Source: Sedimentisphaerales bacterium
Lineage (GTDB): Bacteria > Planctomycetota > Phycisphaerae > Sedimentisphaerales > SM23-30
DNA: 64,000 nt
Assembly (NCBI GenBank): GCA_963662515.1
Contig: OY759675.1
Location: 965,473 to 1,029,472 of the forward strand
Direction of reading: 5' to 3'
Under the pieces are notes generated by a model, which worked only from the letters and a program-made list of their open reading frames with translations, was not told where the DNA came from and made no database searches. This document shows positions 21,524 to 31,223 of the stretch, in pieces. The position numbers were made by a program, and so were the translations under genes. The first letter of the stretch is position 1. Every line of letters begins with the position of its first letter.

Positions 21524-23101
21524 TCAGAAGCCTTCGTGACGACCCTTTTCGCTTTCATAGTCGAAGCCATCATCATCAAAATCATCATCGTCATCATCGT
21601 CATCGGCTATATAGTTATCTTTAAGGAAGTCAGGATATACTCCGCCTTCCTGATTGTTTTCCTCACCTTCTGGAGTATCCTCATAGAAGGTTACCTCAAC
21701 GGCTTCATTATTATACTGCTCTTCGGTAATGGCATCTTTAAGATCACGAACATCATCGAAGTTGAATTCTTCCTGTACCTTTTCATTGCGGGCCCGGACG
21801 ATCAGGCGGATCGGTACTTCGCCCCACGGCATAATATCACGCAGGCGGTTAGTGAAGAAGCGTTGGTAATTATCATCGATCTTTTCCGGGTCATTAACGA
21901 ACAGTACCAGTGTGGGCGGATTAACAGCCACTTGTGTACCGTAATAGATACGCGGGATACCGACCTTGCGTCTGGAAGAAGGTGTTTTTTCTGCGGTAAT
22001 GGTTTTAATGGCCTTATTAACCCGGCCGGTACCGACTTTGGTACGAGTCTGCTTGAAGATATTACTGGCCAGATCGACCAGCGAATTAACATTACGGCTC
22101 TCTTTGGCGGTAATAAAGCAGATAGGGGCATATTTCAGGCCGGGCAGTACTTTATCGAAATAATCAGCGAAATCTTCTGTAGAAGCGCGATTTTTAACCA
22201 GATCCCATTTGTTCACTACGATAATAACCGGCTTATACGAATCAATAATGAATCTGGCCAGTTTCTTATCAACCTGTGAGATCGGTGCGGTTGAATCGAC
22301 AAAGAACAAGCAGACATCGGCCCGGCGAATAGCGTGTATTGATCTGGTAAAACTGTAGAACTCGATACCGTTGGCATCGTTCATCTTGCTCTTTTTGCGT
22401 ACTCCGGCGGTGTCGATCACCACAAAGGTGTGGCCATCTTTCTCAAAGCGGATATCAACAGCATCTCGGGTAGTGCCCGGGACATTACTGACAATAACCC
22501 GCTCTTCGCCAGCCAGTGAGTTGATAAAAGTGCTTTTGCCGACATTTCTCTTGCCGACAACAGCTATTTTCATTATTTCTTTTTCCGGTTTGGCTGTGTC
22601 CATGCCATCAAACTCATCAAAGATGCGTTCTATAAGCTCTTCCCGGCGGCGGGCATGGAGAGCAGAAATGCAAAGAGGTTCGCCAAAACCAAGCTTGTGA
22701 AATTCGCCGGTGTGATAGTCAAGTTCGGGTGAATCTGCCTTATTGGCAACCAGAATAACATTGAGCTTTTCTTTTCTGAGTATCTGGGCGACTTTGATAT
22801 CGAGAGGCATAACTCCGCTGCGAATATCAACTATGAACAGAACAACATCGGCCTTAGTGATGGCACTTTGTATCTGAGTTTCAACATGGGCGGTCAGATT
22901 GTCGTGGTCAACAATGCCGTATCCGCCGGTGTCAACCATTTCAAAATAGCGGCCGTCCATCTCGATAAGGGCACTGACACGATCACGAGTTACACCCGGT
23001 GTGTCTTCAACAATACTTATTCGCTCGCGGGCCAGAATATTAAGCAGGCTGCTTTTGCCCACATTTGGTCGGCCAATAATAGCTACAACTGGAATTGCCA
23101 T
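21524..23101 (-). CDS. der: ribosome-associated GTPase Der/EngA with an acidic C-terminal extension
   Basis: Two G domains (GRPNVGKSSL and GKRNVGKST P-loops) plus a KH-like domain. AGGAAA RBS before ATG 23101; the ORF-track start at 23185 is a likely over-extension. 84-aa Asp/Glu-rich tail. Confidence 0.9.
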   Translation of the reverse strand: MAIPVVAIIGRPNVGKSSLLNILARERISIVEDTPGVTRDRVSALIEMDGRYFEMVDTGGYGIVDHDNLTAHVETQIQSAITKADVVLFIVDIRSGVMPLDIKVAQILRKEKLNVILVANKADSPELDYHTGEFHKLGFGEPLCISALHARRREELIERIFDEFDGMDTAKPEKEIMKIAVVGKRNVGKSTFINSLAGEERVIVSNVPGTTRDAVDIRFEKDGHTFVVIDTAGVRKKSKMNDANGIEFYSFTRSIHAIRRADVCLFFVDSTAPISQVDKKLARFIIDSYKPVIIVVNKWDLVKNRASTEDFADYFDKVLPGLKYAPICFITAKESRNVNSLVDLASNIFKQTRTKVGTGRVNKAIKTITAEKTPSSRRKVGIPRIYYGTQVAVNPPTLVLFVNDPEKIDDNYQRFFTNRLRDIMPWGEVPIRLIVRARNEKVQEEFNFDDVRDLKDAITEEQYNNEAVEVTFYEDTPEGEENNQEGGVYPDFLKDNYIADDDDDDDDFDDDGFDYESEKGRHEGF

Positions 23102-23533
23102 GATATTTTCCTTGTAAAATTTGTAATCCCGATACGCATTGCACGGATCGAAACAGTTCCCGGCATTTACACCGGCATTGTACAACGGCCGGATTGACCT
23201 CTGGTTTTAACCTGAGCGGGCCTGTTGCGTTTATTCAAGCCCTGTATTATAACAGAAAAGATCACTGTTTCATCATTAATTCTTTTGATAATTGAGGGGG
23301 TAATGGTTCTCCAGTCCTGTAAAGTATTTTCCCAGGCCTTGCTTCTATAGCTATAAAAGTAAAAGTGGACATGCCATTTCAATGATAAAGCTGTTTTCAG
23401 TACTGGAAAACCGCATTCCATGATTATCTAGGTTGACTTATCCATACAATTAATATATCATTACGCAGTCCAAGGCGGAGAGATATGTTGTTCCGCTATC
23501 GTTAAGTTAATAATTTAGAGAGGTTTATAAAAT

Positions 23534-24403
23534 ATGGCTTATAACTGTGTTGTGCTGGTAAAGCAAGTTCCAGACACCAAGGCCGTTACAGGTAAGGCGA
23601 TGAACGATGATGGAACCGTCAATCGTGCGGCGCTGCCGGCGATTTTCAATCCGGAAGATCTCAACGCCCTGGAAATGGCATTGGAAGTTAAGGCAAGATA
23701 TGGGGGAACTGTTACGGTAGTAACAATGGGTCTTCCATCGGCTTGTGAAGTACTCAGGCAGTCACTCTATCGCGGGGCAGATAAGGCTGTGCTGGTAACC
23801 GACCGTCGGGCTGCTGCAAGTGACACCCTGGCAACCAGTTATATACTAAGCTGTGCGGTGCGGAAGATCGAAGATGTTGATCTGGTCTTCTGTGGTCGTC
23901 AGGCGATCGATGGCGACACTGCTCAGGTAGGCCCGCAGGCCGCTGAGAAACTGGGATATCCGCAGATAACTTATGTTGAAGAACTCGAACTGAAAGATAA
24001 AGTGGTATTTGCCAAACGAGGAGTGGGAGCAGGCTGGGAAAAGGTTAAATGTAATCTCCCGGCATTATTGACTGTTCTTGACACCGCCAATGACCCCCGT
24101 CCGGCAGTAGCTCATCAGTTGATGTGGTATAAAAAGGCTCGCAGTGCCTCAGAGGTTAAGGCCGCTGGTGGTACCGTGGAGCAGGTCGAAGAGCTGCGCA
24201 GTCGCGGCTTGCTGATCGAAGAATGGGATCTTGATCATTTGGAAGCTGACATGCAGTGGTGCGGCAAGAGCGGCAGTCCGACCAAGGTTAATCGGATCCA
24301 GAGCGTGGTACTGACCACTGGTGATTCGCGTATCATCGATTCTTCAGAGGAAAGCATCAAAGAACTTATCCATGAGTTGATCGAAGATCATACTATCGGT
24401 TAA
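23534..24403 (+). CDS. etfB: electron transfer flavoprotein, beta subunit
   Basis: N-terminal VVLVKQVPDT motif and EtfB-like remainder. GAGAGG RBS. Confidence 0.9.
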   Translation: MAYNCVVLVKQVPDTKAVTGKAMNDDGTVNRAALPAIFNPEDLNALEMALEVKARYGGTVTVVTMGLPSACEVLRQSLYRGADKAVLVTDRRAAASDTLATSYILSCAVRKIEDVDLVFCGRQAIDGDTAQVGPQAAEKLGYPQITYVEELELKDKVVFAKRGVGAGWEKVKCNLPALLTVLDTANDPRPAVAHQLMWYKKARSASEVKAAGGTVEQVEELRSRGLLIEEWDLDHLEADMQWCGKSGSPTKVNRIQSVVLTTGDSRIIDSSEESIKELIHELIEDHTIG

Positions 24404-24491
24404 GAGCAGGCTAGTACCAGTTGTGAGGCTGCGGCGTTAATAGTCGGCGGCCATAACCAGGATAAAAGGAAAATAAACCAAAGGTTTTAAT

Positions 24492-25520
24492 ATGATAGAA
24501 GTAAATAGAAATGGCGAAGTCTGGGTTTTTGCCGAGCAGATAGATGGCAAACTCTCTGATGTCTCTCTGGAATTGCTGGGCAGAGGTCGTGAACTGGCCC
24601 AGAAGCTCAGTGTTAAGCTGGGAGCGGTATTAGCTGGTCGCAGTGTTTCTGAGGCGGCCAAAGAGCTGGGTTATTATGGTGCAGACCGCGTATATATGGT
24701 TGACAATGATGACCTGGATATCTACCAGACCAATAGTTATACCAAAGTAATTTGTGAGTTGATCAGTAAGTATAAGCCGCAGATCATGCTTTATGGTGCG
24801 ACCCATATCGGTCGTGATCTGGCCCCGCGTGTGGCTTCGACCATGCGTGCCGGACTGACCGCCGACTGTACTGACCTGCAGATAGATGATTACACCGAGA
24901 GTAAGTCGGGCGAAGTGCATAAGAACCTGCTCCAGCAGATCCGTCCGGCATTCGGTGGTAATATTATCGCGACCATTATCAACTATGACCGCTGGCCGCA
25001 GATGGCAACCGTGCGTGAAGGTGTAATGCCGATGCCTGAGAAGGATATTAAGCGGGCGGCAGAGATCATAGCCGAAGAATGTTATCTGACTGCTGCTGAT
25101 CTACCATTGACCATAATGGATCGTCATGTAGCTAAGAAGAAAGTGAATTTGAAGGCCGCTAGAATCATTGTTGCTGGTGGTGCAGGTGTAGGCAGTAAGG
25201 ATAACTTCAAGCATATCTGGGATCTGGCCCATGTTCTGGGTGGCGAGGCCGCCGGTAGCCGTGCTGCAGTTGACCTGGGATATATTGACCATGACCATCA
25301 GGTAGGCCAGACAGGTACAACTGTTCGTCCGGCACTGTATATTGCAGTGGGCATAAGTGGTGCCATTCAGCATGTAGCAGGTATGAGCGAGTCAGCCCGT
25401 ATCATCGCGGTCAATAATGATCCTGAGGCCCCGATCTTTTCTGTGGCTAATTACGGTATTGTCGGCGATTATCAGGATGTACTGCCTAAGATGATCAAGG
25501 CGATCCGTGCCAGGCAGTAA
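24492..25520 (+). CDS. etfA: electron transfer flavoprotein, alpha subunit
   Basis: C-terminal FAD-binding signature QVGQTGTTVRPALYIAVGISGAIQH. Confidence 0.9.
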   Translation: MIEVNRNGEVWVFAEQIDGKLSDVSLELLGRGRELAQKLSVKLGAVLAGRSVSEAAKELGYYGADRVYMVDNDDLDIYQTNSYTKVICELISKYKPQIMLYGATHIGRDLAPRVASTMRAGLTADCTDLQIDDYTESKSGEVHKNLLQQIRPAFGGNIIATIINYDRWPQMATVREGVMPMPEKDIKRAAEIIAEECYLTAADLPLTIMDRHVAKKKVNLKAARIIVAGGAGVGSKDNFKHIWDLAHVLGGEAAGSRAAVDLGYIDHDHQVGQTGTTVRPALYIAVGISGAIQHVAGMSESARIIAVNNDPEAPIFSVANYGIVGDYQDVLPKMIKAIRARQ

Positions 25521-25568
25521 GCCGCTTAAAACAAGATTATAACTTTACATATTTATGGAATAAAATAA

Positions 25569-27383
25569 ATGGCTAACTTTTATACTGACAATGATGATAT
25601 CCGTTTTCTCTTTCGCTATTACCAGCTGACCAGGCTGGCTGATCTGATGGAAGGGGACTATAGTGATAGTAAGAAATATAACTGGGCTCCTGAAACTGCT
25701 GCTGATGCTGTAGATAATTACGATCGTCTGCTTGAGGTTATTGGCGGCATAGCCGGTGATTTCGTAGCACCCCGTTCAGAACAGATCGACCAGGAGGGTA
25801 ATACCCTTAATGAAGATGGCACTGTTACCTATGCCAAAGGCATGAAAGAGTGTATTGATCGTTTCGCTCAGGCCAAGCTTATGGCTTTTACCCTGCCGCA
25901 CCGTTTTGGCGGTCTGAACTGTCCGAATTTCATTTATACAATGAGTAATGATGTAGTATCACGAGCTGATGCTGCCTTGATGAATATTTATGGATTACAG
26001 GGAATAGCAGAGACCATTAACGCTTTTGCTAATGAAGAGATCAAGCAGCAGTATTTGCCGCTGTTTGCCGAGCAGGGTGCAACTGGTGCTATGGTGCTCA
26101 CTGAGCCTGATGCCGGTTCTGACCTTCAGGCAGTTAAGCTGCGTGCCTATCAGGATTCAAACGGTCAGTGGCGTTTGCATGGCGTAAAGCGTTTTATCAC
26201 TAATGGTTGTGGTGAAGTATTGCTGGTTCTGGCCCGCAGTGAACCTGATCGTGCTGGCGGTATGGGTTTGAGCTTGTTCGTTTGTGATAACGGCCCGACT
26301 GTCAAGGTTCGTCGTTTGGAAAATAAGCTTGGTATTCACGGTTCACCGACCTGCGAGATGTATTTTGATCATACTCCCTGCCAGTTGGTAGGTGAGCGCA
26401 AGCGTGGTCTGGCCAAGTATGTAATGAGCCTGATGAACGGTGCCCGCGTTGGTATTGCCTCGCAGTCGCTGGGTATTGGTGAGGCTGCTTTCCGGGTGGC
26501 TCGTGATTATGCGGCGAGTCGTGAGCAGTTTGGCCTGCCAATTGAGAAGCTGCCTTCTGTGCGTGATTTGCTGGTAGAAATGAAGATCATGCTTGAGGCG
26601 GCTCGTTCTCTCACAATGGAAACATGTTGGGCCGTTGATTTCAGCAATGGTCTTGAGCTCAAGACCGAGTCTGGCGAGATAGAAGACAAAGAGCAGCTCA
26701 AGCAGCTTAAGAAGGAATACAAGCATTATCGCCGTCTGGCAGATATGCTTACCCCAATGAGTAAGTATTATGCCTCTGAGATGTGCAGTAAGGTTTCTTA
26801 TGAAGCCATGAGTGTACTGGGTGGTAGTGGTTATATGAAGGATTATCCGGTAGAGCGTCACATGCGTGATGCCCGTATTACTTCTATCTATGAAGGAACA
26901 ACCCAGTTGCAGATAGTGGCAGCGGTTCGTGGTGTTTGTTCTGGTGCCGCCGAGAGCTATCTGGATGAGTTGAGTACTTTTGCTTATACGCCAGAGGTGA
27001 GCGATCTGGTAGCATTGCTGGATGAAGGAAAACGCGAATTGCTGGAAGCAGTGGCTTTTGTCAAGGAGCAGCCAGGCACTGAATATATGGACCTGCATGG
27101 CCGTAAGCTGGTTGACATAGCTATCAATCTGATTGTCGGTCATTTGTTCCTGCAGCAGTCTATTGCCCGTCCGGCCCTGGAAGACAAGTTCTGTCAGCCA
27201 GGTAAAGATCAGGAGATTTCTGCTTATGATAATCATCGTAAGCATAAGGCAGTAGTTGCACGCCGCTTTATTACCGCTAATGGCCCGATAAACACTGCTA
27301 TGGCTCGTAAGATCATTAGTGGCGACCGCAGCACTATGACAGACTATGATACCATAGTAGGTCCGCTGCCGGACGCAAACTGA
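25569..27383 (+). CDS. long-form acyl-CoA dehydrogenase (~600 aa)
   Basis: ACAD motifs LTEPDAGSD, FITNG and IYEGTTQLQ, plus an extra C-terminal helical domain. Immediately downstream of etfBA. Confidence 0.85.
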   Translation: MANFYTDNDDIRFLFRYYQLTRLADLMEGDYSDSKKYNWAPETAADAVDNYDRLLEVIGGIAGDFVAPRSEQIDQEGNTLNEDGTVTYAKGMKECIDRFAQAKLMAFTLPHRFGGLNCPNFIYTMSNDVVSRADAALMNIYGLQGIAETINAFANEEIKQQYLPLFAEQGATGAMVLTEPDAGSDLQAVKLRAYQDSNGQWRLHGVKRFITNGCGEVLLVLARSEPDRAGGMGLSLFVCDNGPTVKVRRLENKLGIHGSPTCEMYFDHTPCQLVGERKRGLAKYVMSLMNGARVGIASQSLGIGEAAFRVARDYAASREQFGLPIEKLPSVRDLLVEMKIMLEAARSLTMETCWAVDFSNGLELKTESGEIEDKEQLKQLKKEYKHYRRLADMLTPMSKYYASEMCSKVSYEAMSVLGGSGYMKDYPVERHMRDARITSIYEGTTQLQIVAAVRGVCSGAAESYLDELSTFAYTPEVSDLVALLDEGKRELLEAVAFVKEQPGTEYMDLHGRKLVDIAINLIVGHLFLQQSIARPALEDKFCQPGKDQEISAYDNHRKHKAVVARRFITANGPINTAMARKIISGDRSTMTDYDTIVGPLPDAN

Positions 27384-27437
27384 AGTTTTTCTGACAAAAA
27401 GTAAATAAACAGGCTTTCCGGCCTGTAATAAATTATT

Positions 27438-27482
27438 CGCCTTTGACTGAGCCAGACCGGTTTGGTCAGAGGCGTTTTTTTA
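27438..27482 (+). terminator. rho-independent terminator after the etf-acd operon
   Basis: Stem CGCCTTTGAC / GTCAGAGGCG followed by TTTTTTT. A smaller hairpin lies at 27409-27426. Confidence 0.8.
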
Positions 27483-27826
27483 TATGAATATTTGTAAACC
27501 AGCTTTGAATATTTCTGGTTTGAAACGGTATTATGTAGTAGTGTCTTTTTGCTTAAGTGATTGTTATTAAATGTTTTATATTGTTGGTGTGTTATATTGA
27601 GGTGGCGTTCTGGTGTTTTTCCCGAGATAATGCCGGTGTGAATTCTCTCAATGCTTGTATTAATAAGTTTTTATGGTTATCATGTATTGTCTGGACAAGG
27701 TGAGAAGTAAGGAAGCACTGCGGATAAATGCAACTTCTTGTACTGTATGGCATTAAAAAGTTCCAGACTCAACTATTAATGCCAGAGTAACTATTGATAG
27801 TGATTTTATGATGGAGCTAAGAACTG

Positions 27827-28927
27827 ATGGCCAAAGCCAAAAGCGATAATATAGATGTGATAAAGATGATCAGAGAATCAGCTAAGGATATTCACACCAA
27901 GATCAATTTGCTGTCGATACCGCATATGCGTATTCCGGTTCGGTCGCTGAATAATGTTGACTATGATGTTAAAAAGGGTTGTTTTGAACTTAAGGGCAAT
28001 ATGAAGGAGCGAAATTTTACTGTTAATACGGTAAAGACTTTTGCTCAGACAATGAAAATGATGGCTCTGAGTAAGGAATTGATCGAAACTGATGATATGG
28101 CAACCAAAAGAGAGGCGTACTACATCAGCAAAAACTGGGCTGATGCAGCGTTTCGTGAGCAGCCGGAATCTGATACGGTAATGGAAGATATAGAGGCTAT
28201 GTTCGGTGTTATCCGCGAGCGGCTGAAGTTTATCCCAGAGGAAAAGGGTGGTGAGGTTGCCGGTCGTCTGGAGGTAATAGACCGCGATCTGCAAGGACAT
28301 AAGCTCAAAATCGATTGTACCAAGTTTGGTTCTGGTTCCTATTCGATTCCTATTGATGTTGAGCATCTGGAATTTCGCAGTAATGCCAAGTTTATCCTGG
28401 CGATAGAGACAGCAGGTATGTTCCAGCGTTTAGTGAAATACGGTTATTGGGACACTGCAAATTGCATATTGGTGAGTATGGGAGGTGTTCCAACCCGTGC
28501 CTGCCGTCGTTTTGTCAGACGGTTAAGCGATGTATTGCGGATCCCTGTTTATGCCTTTGTTGATGGTGACCCCTATGGTTATTTTAATATCTACCGTACT
28601 TTGAAGGTAGGTTCGGGTAATGCCGCTCACCTAAATGAGTTTTTCTGTGTACCACAGGCAAGGTTTCTGGGCGTAACACCGCAGGATGTTAAGGATTATG
28701 ATCTGCCTACGCATAAGCTAAAAGAGGTGGATATTAAGCGAGCGAAGGATGCCTTGAAAAATGACCCCTTTGTGCATCATCATAAGTTATGGCAACGGGC
28801 TATTGATCAGATGCTGCGTGCCGGCACTCGTGTGGAGCAGCAGGCATTTGCCAAGCATGGTCTTGATTTTGTGGTTAAGCAGTACTTACCCGATAAGCTC
28901 AAGGCAGTAGATAAGTTTTTGCCTTAA
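27827..28927 (+). CDS. top6A: DNA topoisomerase VI subunit A (Spo11/Top6A family)
   Basis: CAP-domain KREAYY tyrosine motif. Toprim Glu in ILAIETAGMF and DxD in YAFVDGDPYGYFNIY. C-terminal VEQQAF...YLPDKL. 366 aa, the length of canonical Top6A. Confidence 0.85.
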   Translation: MAKAKSDNIDVIKMIRESAKDIHTKINLLSIPHMRIPVRSLNNVDYDVKKGCFELKGNMKERNFTVNTVKTFAQTMKMMALSKELIETDDMATKREAYYISKNWADAAFREQPESDTVMEDIEAMFGVIRERLKFIPEEKGGEVAGRLEVIDRDLQGHKLKIDCTKFGSGSYSIPIDVEHLEFRSNAKFILAIETAGMFQRLVKYGYWDTANCILVSMGGVPTRACRRFVRRLSDVLRIPVYAFVDGDPYGYFNIYRTLKVGSGNAAHLNEFFCVPQARFLGVTPQDVKDYDLPTHKLKEVDIKRAKDALKNDPFVHHHKLWQRAIDQMLRAGTRVEQQAFAKHGLDFVVKQYLPDKLKAVDKFLP

Positions 28928-29000
28928 GGTATCGAATCTGAATAGCGGTGGGTTTGTAAGCCAGCCCTAAAAAGAATATTTCCCCAGAGAGATCCATAAA

Positions 29001-31139
29001 TTGGTATATTTCAGAAGATTATTAAAGTATGTATTTGCCCAGAAGGTAAGTGTATTTGTTGCAATAGTTGCAGCCGGTCTGACAGCGGCTCTGATGGCTG
29101 TGAATGTTACGGCTGTGATGCCGGTGATCCAGATGATGCTGGATGACAGTGGTTTACATGGCTGGGCAGAGGGGCGTATTGTCAGTAAGAGAAGCGGTAT
29201 TGTCTTTCTGGTAGAAGAAGCCAAGGAGCTGGAAGATGGTGTAATGTCATGTCCCCAGCCTTTGATGGTAACTAAGATTGAACGCACATCTGATGTTGGT
29301 AATAGTCTGAGTGTAGGCGATCAGATTTTTAATGCCTGGCCGGAGGAACCATCTGATATTACTGGTGTGCCAGTTCAAAGTGCAGTGGAGCTAATAGCAT
29401 ATCTGGCGGCAAGTGATAAAGAGCAAATATGGCTCAGGGTCCGTCATGTGGATGGCAAAGAAGCGATTGTTGCTTATTCGCCAGGTGTAAAGCCGTTCTG
29501 GATAGAATGGGCTCTGTCTCTGCTTGACCGTATTCCTCGTGGTCAGGGTGTGGATTATAAGTTTCGTTGTATATCGGTTATGTTGTGGCTGACACTTATT
29601 TTGGCTCTGGTTCGTTGTGTATGTCGCTTTACCCATGAATTCACTGTGCGGAAAATATCGCTCACTTCAATTCGCAATTTGAGAAATGACACCTTTGCCC
29701 GTGCTATCAGGCTGCCCCTGGGTGTATATACCCAGGAAGGTGTTTCAGATACAATAAGCAGATTTATTAACGATACAAATCTGGTAAGTAGAGGCATTAC
29801 AGTTCTTTTTGGTAAGGCAATGGTCGAGCCGCTTAAGATCGTAAGCTGTTTTATTATGGCTTATATGATAGACAAGCAGATTACCCTTATCGTGCTGGCC
29901 AGTAGTCCGCTGGTATTTTTACTTGTGTTGAAGATCGGTAAAAAGAGCAAGAAAGCGACAAAGCATTCATTGCAGAAATGGTCTGCCCTGTTGGGTAAAT
30001 TACAGGAATCATTCCTGGGAATAAAGGTAATTAAGGGCTATCATCAGGAAAGCTGGGAGACAGATCGTTTTCGCAATGCTAATCAGGACCTGTATTCCCG
30101 GCAGATCCGTATGGCCCGGGTTGAAGCCTCAAGCAGTCCCTCGATAGAGGCTGTGGCTTTTACGGGAGCATGTATTGGTTTTATGTTTGCCTTGCGTATG
30201 ATACAAGGCAGTGATATGAATCCATCGGGTTTTATTATTCTGGTAGCTTTACTGGCTACTGCGGCTGAAAGCGGCCGCAAATTAGGTGATATACTACCGC
30301 AGGTGCAGGAGGCTAATGCCTCAGCCCAACGCGTATTTGAGTTGTATGATCGTGAGATAGAAGCTGATCATCCAGATGCCGTACAGTTAGCTCCGCTACA
30401 TAAAGATATGGAATTTTGTGATGTCTGGTTTAAATATCCTGGCAGTGTTGAGCATAATCTCAAAGGAGTAAATCTTAAGGTTAAGGCCGGTGATACGGTT
30501 GCCATTGTCGGGCCTAATGGTTCTGGTAAGACTACATTGCTTAGTATGATACCTCGTTTCTTTGAACTGGAAAAGGGTCAGATACTTATTGATGGTATCG
30601 ATATTTCCCGGGCGACTATAGAGTCCTTGCGTGGGCAGCTGGGTATTGTTACTCAGAATACGATCGTGTTTAATGATACTATTGCCAATAATATAGCTTA
30701 TGGTCGGCCGGGGACAGATATAGAGACAATTAAAGAGGCTGCTCGTCATGCTTATGCAGAGGAATTTATTCTGGAGAAAGCAAAAGGCTATGATGAATTG
30801 ATCGGTCAGCAGGGGGCAACCCTTTCTGGTGGTCAGTTGCAGCGTCTGGCAATTGCCCGGGCAATATTGCGTAATCCTTCAATATTGATATTTGATGAGG
30901 CTACCAGCCAGATAGATTCTGATAGTGAAGCCAAGATACAGCGGGCACTTAAAGAGTTTTGTAAAGGGCGCACAGCTTTTATTATTGCCCATCGGCTCAG
31001 TACTATAGTTGATGCTGATGTGATAGTAGTTATGGATAAAGGTCAGATAGCCGCCTGTGGCAGTCATAATGAGCTGCTGGAGAGCTGCCAATTATATCGT
31101 ACACTGTATGAGACCCAGTTTGGTAGCAGAGATGCATGA
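29001..31139 (+). CDS. ABC exporter, fused permease/ATPase (MsbA/lipid A exporter-like) with a ~135-aa insert between TM1 and TM2
   Basis: Walker A GPNGSGKTT, signature LSGGQLQR, Walker B ILIFDEATS, H-loop AHRLST, six-TM exporter domain. The TTG start at 29001 is uncertain. Confidence 0.85.
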   Translation: MVYFRRLLKYVFAQKVSVFVAIVAAGLTAALMAVNVTAVMPVIQMMLDDSGLHGWAEGRIVSKRSGIVFLVEEAKELEDGVMSCPQPLMVTKIERTSDVGNSLSVGDQIFNAWPEEPSDITGVPVQSAVELIAYLAASDKEQIWLRVRHVDGKEAIVAYSPGVKPFWIEWALSLLDRIPRGQGVDYKFRCISVMLWLTLILALVRCVCRFTHEFTVRKISLTSIRNLRNDTFARAIRLPLGVYTQEGVSDTISRFINDTNLVSRGITVLFGKAMVEPLKIVSCFIMAYMIDKQITLIVLASSPLVFLLVLKIGKKSKKATKHSLQKWSALLGKLQESFLGIKVIKGYHQESWETDRFRNANQDLYSRQIRMARVEASSSPSIEAVAFTGACIGFMFALRMIQGSDMNPSGFIILVALLATAAESGRKLGDILPQVQEANASAQRVFELYDREIEADHPDAVQLAPLHKDMEFCDVWFKYPGSVEHNLKGVNLKVKAGDTVAIVGPNGSGKTTLLSMIPRFFELEKGQILIDGIDISRATIESLRGQLGIVTQNTIVFNDTIANNIAYGRPGTDIETIKEAARHAYAEEFILEKAKGYDELIGQQGATLSGGQLQRLAIARAILRNPSILIFDEATSQIDSDSEAKIQRALKEFCKGRTAFIIAHRLSTIVDADVIVVMDKGQIAACGSHNELLESCQLYRTLYETQFGSRDA

Positions 31140-31223
31140 TAGTTGGTTTTATGATGCTTGAAATGATATACAGAGACGCTGTTGTGCGTTTCTATGGTTT
31201 AATATATAATTGTGAGTTAAATA

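Noticed and set aside
23167-23421. 84-aa ORF (-) between der and etfB. Also the 72-aa ORF at 49863-50081 (-) and the 79-aa ORF at 7013-7252 (+).
   Set aside because: No RBS, odd composition, no motif, and they lie in promoter or leader regions. Treated as non-coding.
23430-23450. DnaA-box-like strings (TTATCCATA at ~23437, TGTGGATGG at ~50284) as a possible replication origin.
   Set aside because: These are single, imperfect and isolated boxes. There is no cluster, no AT-rich unwinding element next to dnaA/dnaN, and no such genes in the window.
23534-27383. Whether EtfBA plus the long acyl-CoA dehydrogenase is an electron-bifurcating complex.
   Set aside because: I cannot judge the diagnostic second-FAD/NADH-binding residues of EtfB by eye. 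No ferredoxin or other partner is adjacent. Left as an ordinary etfBA-acd operon.
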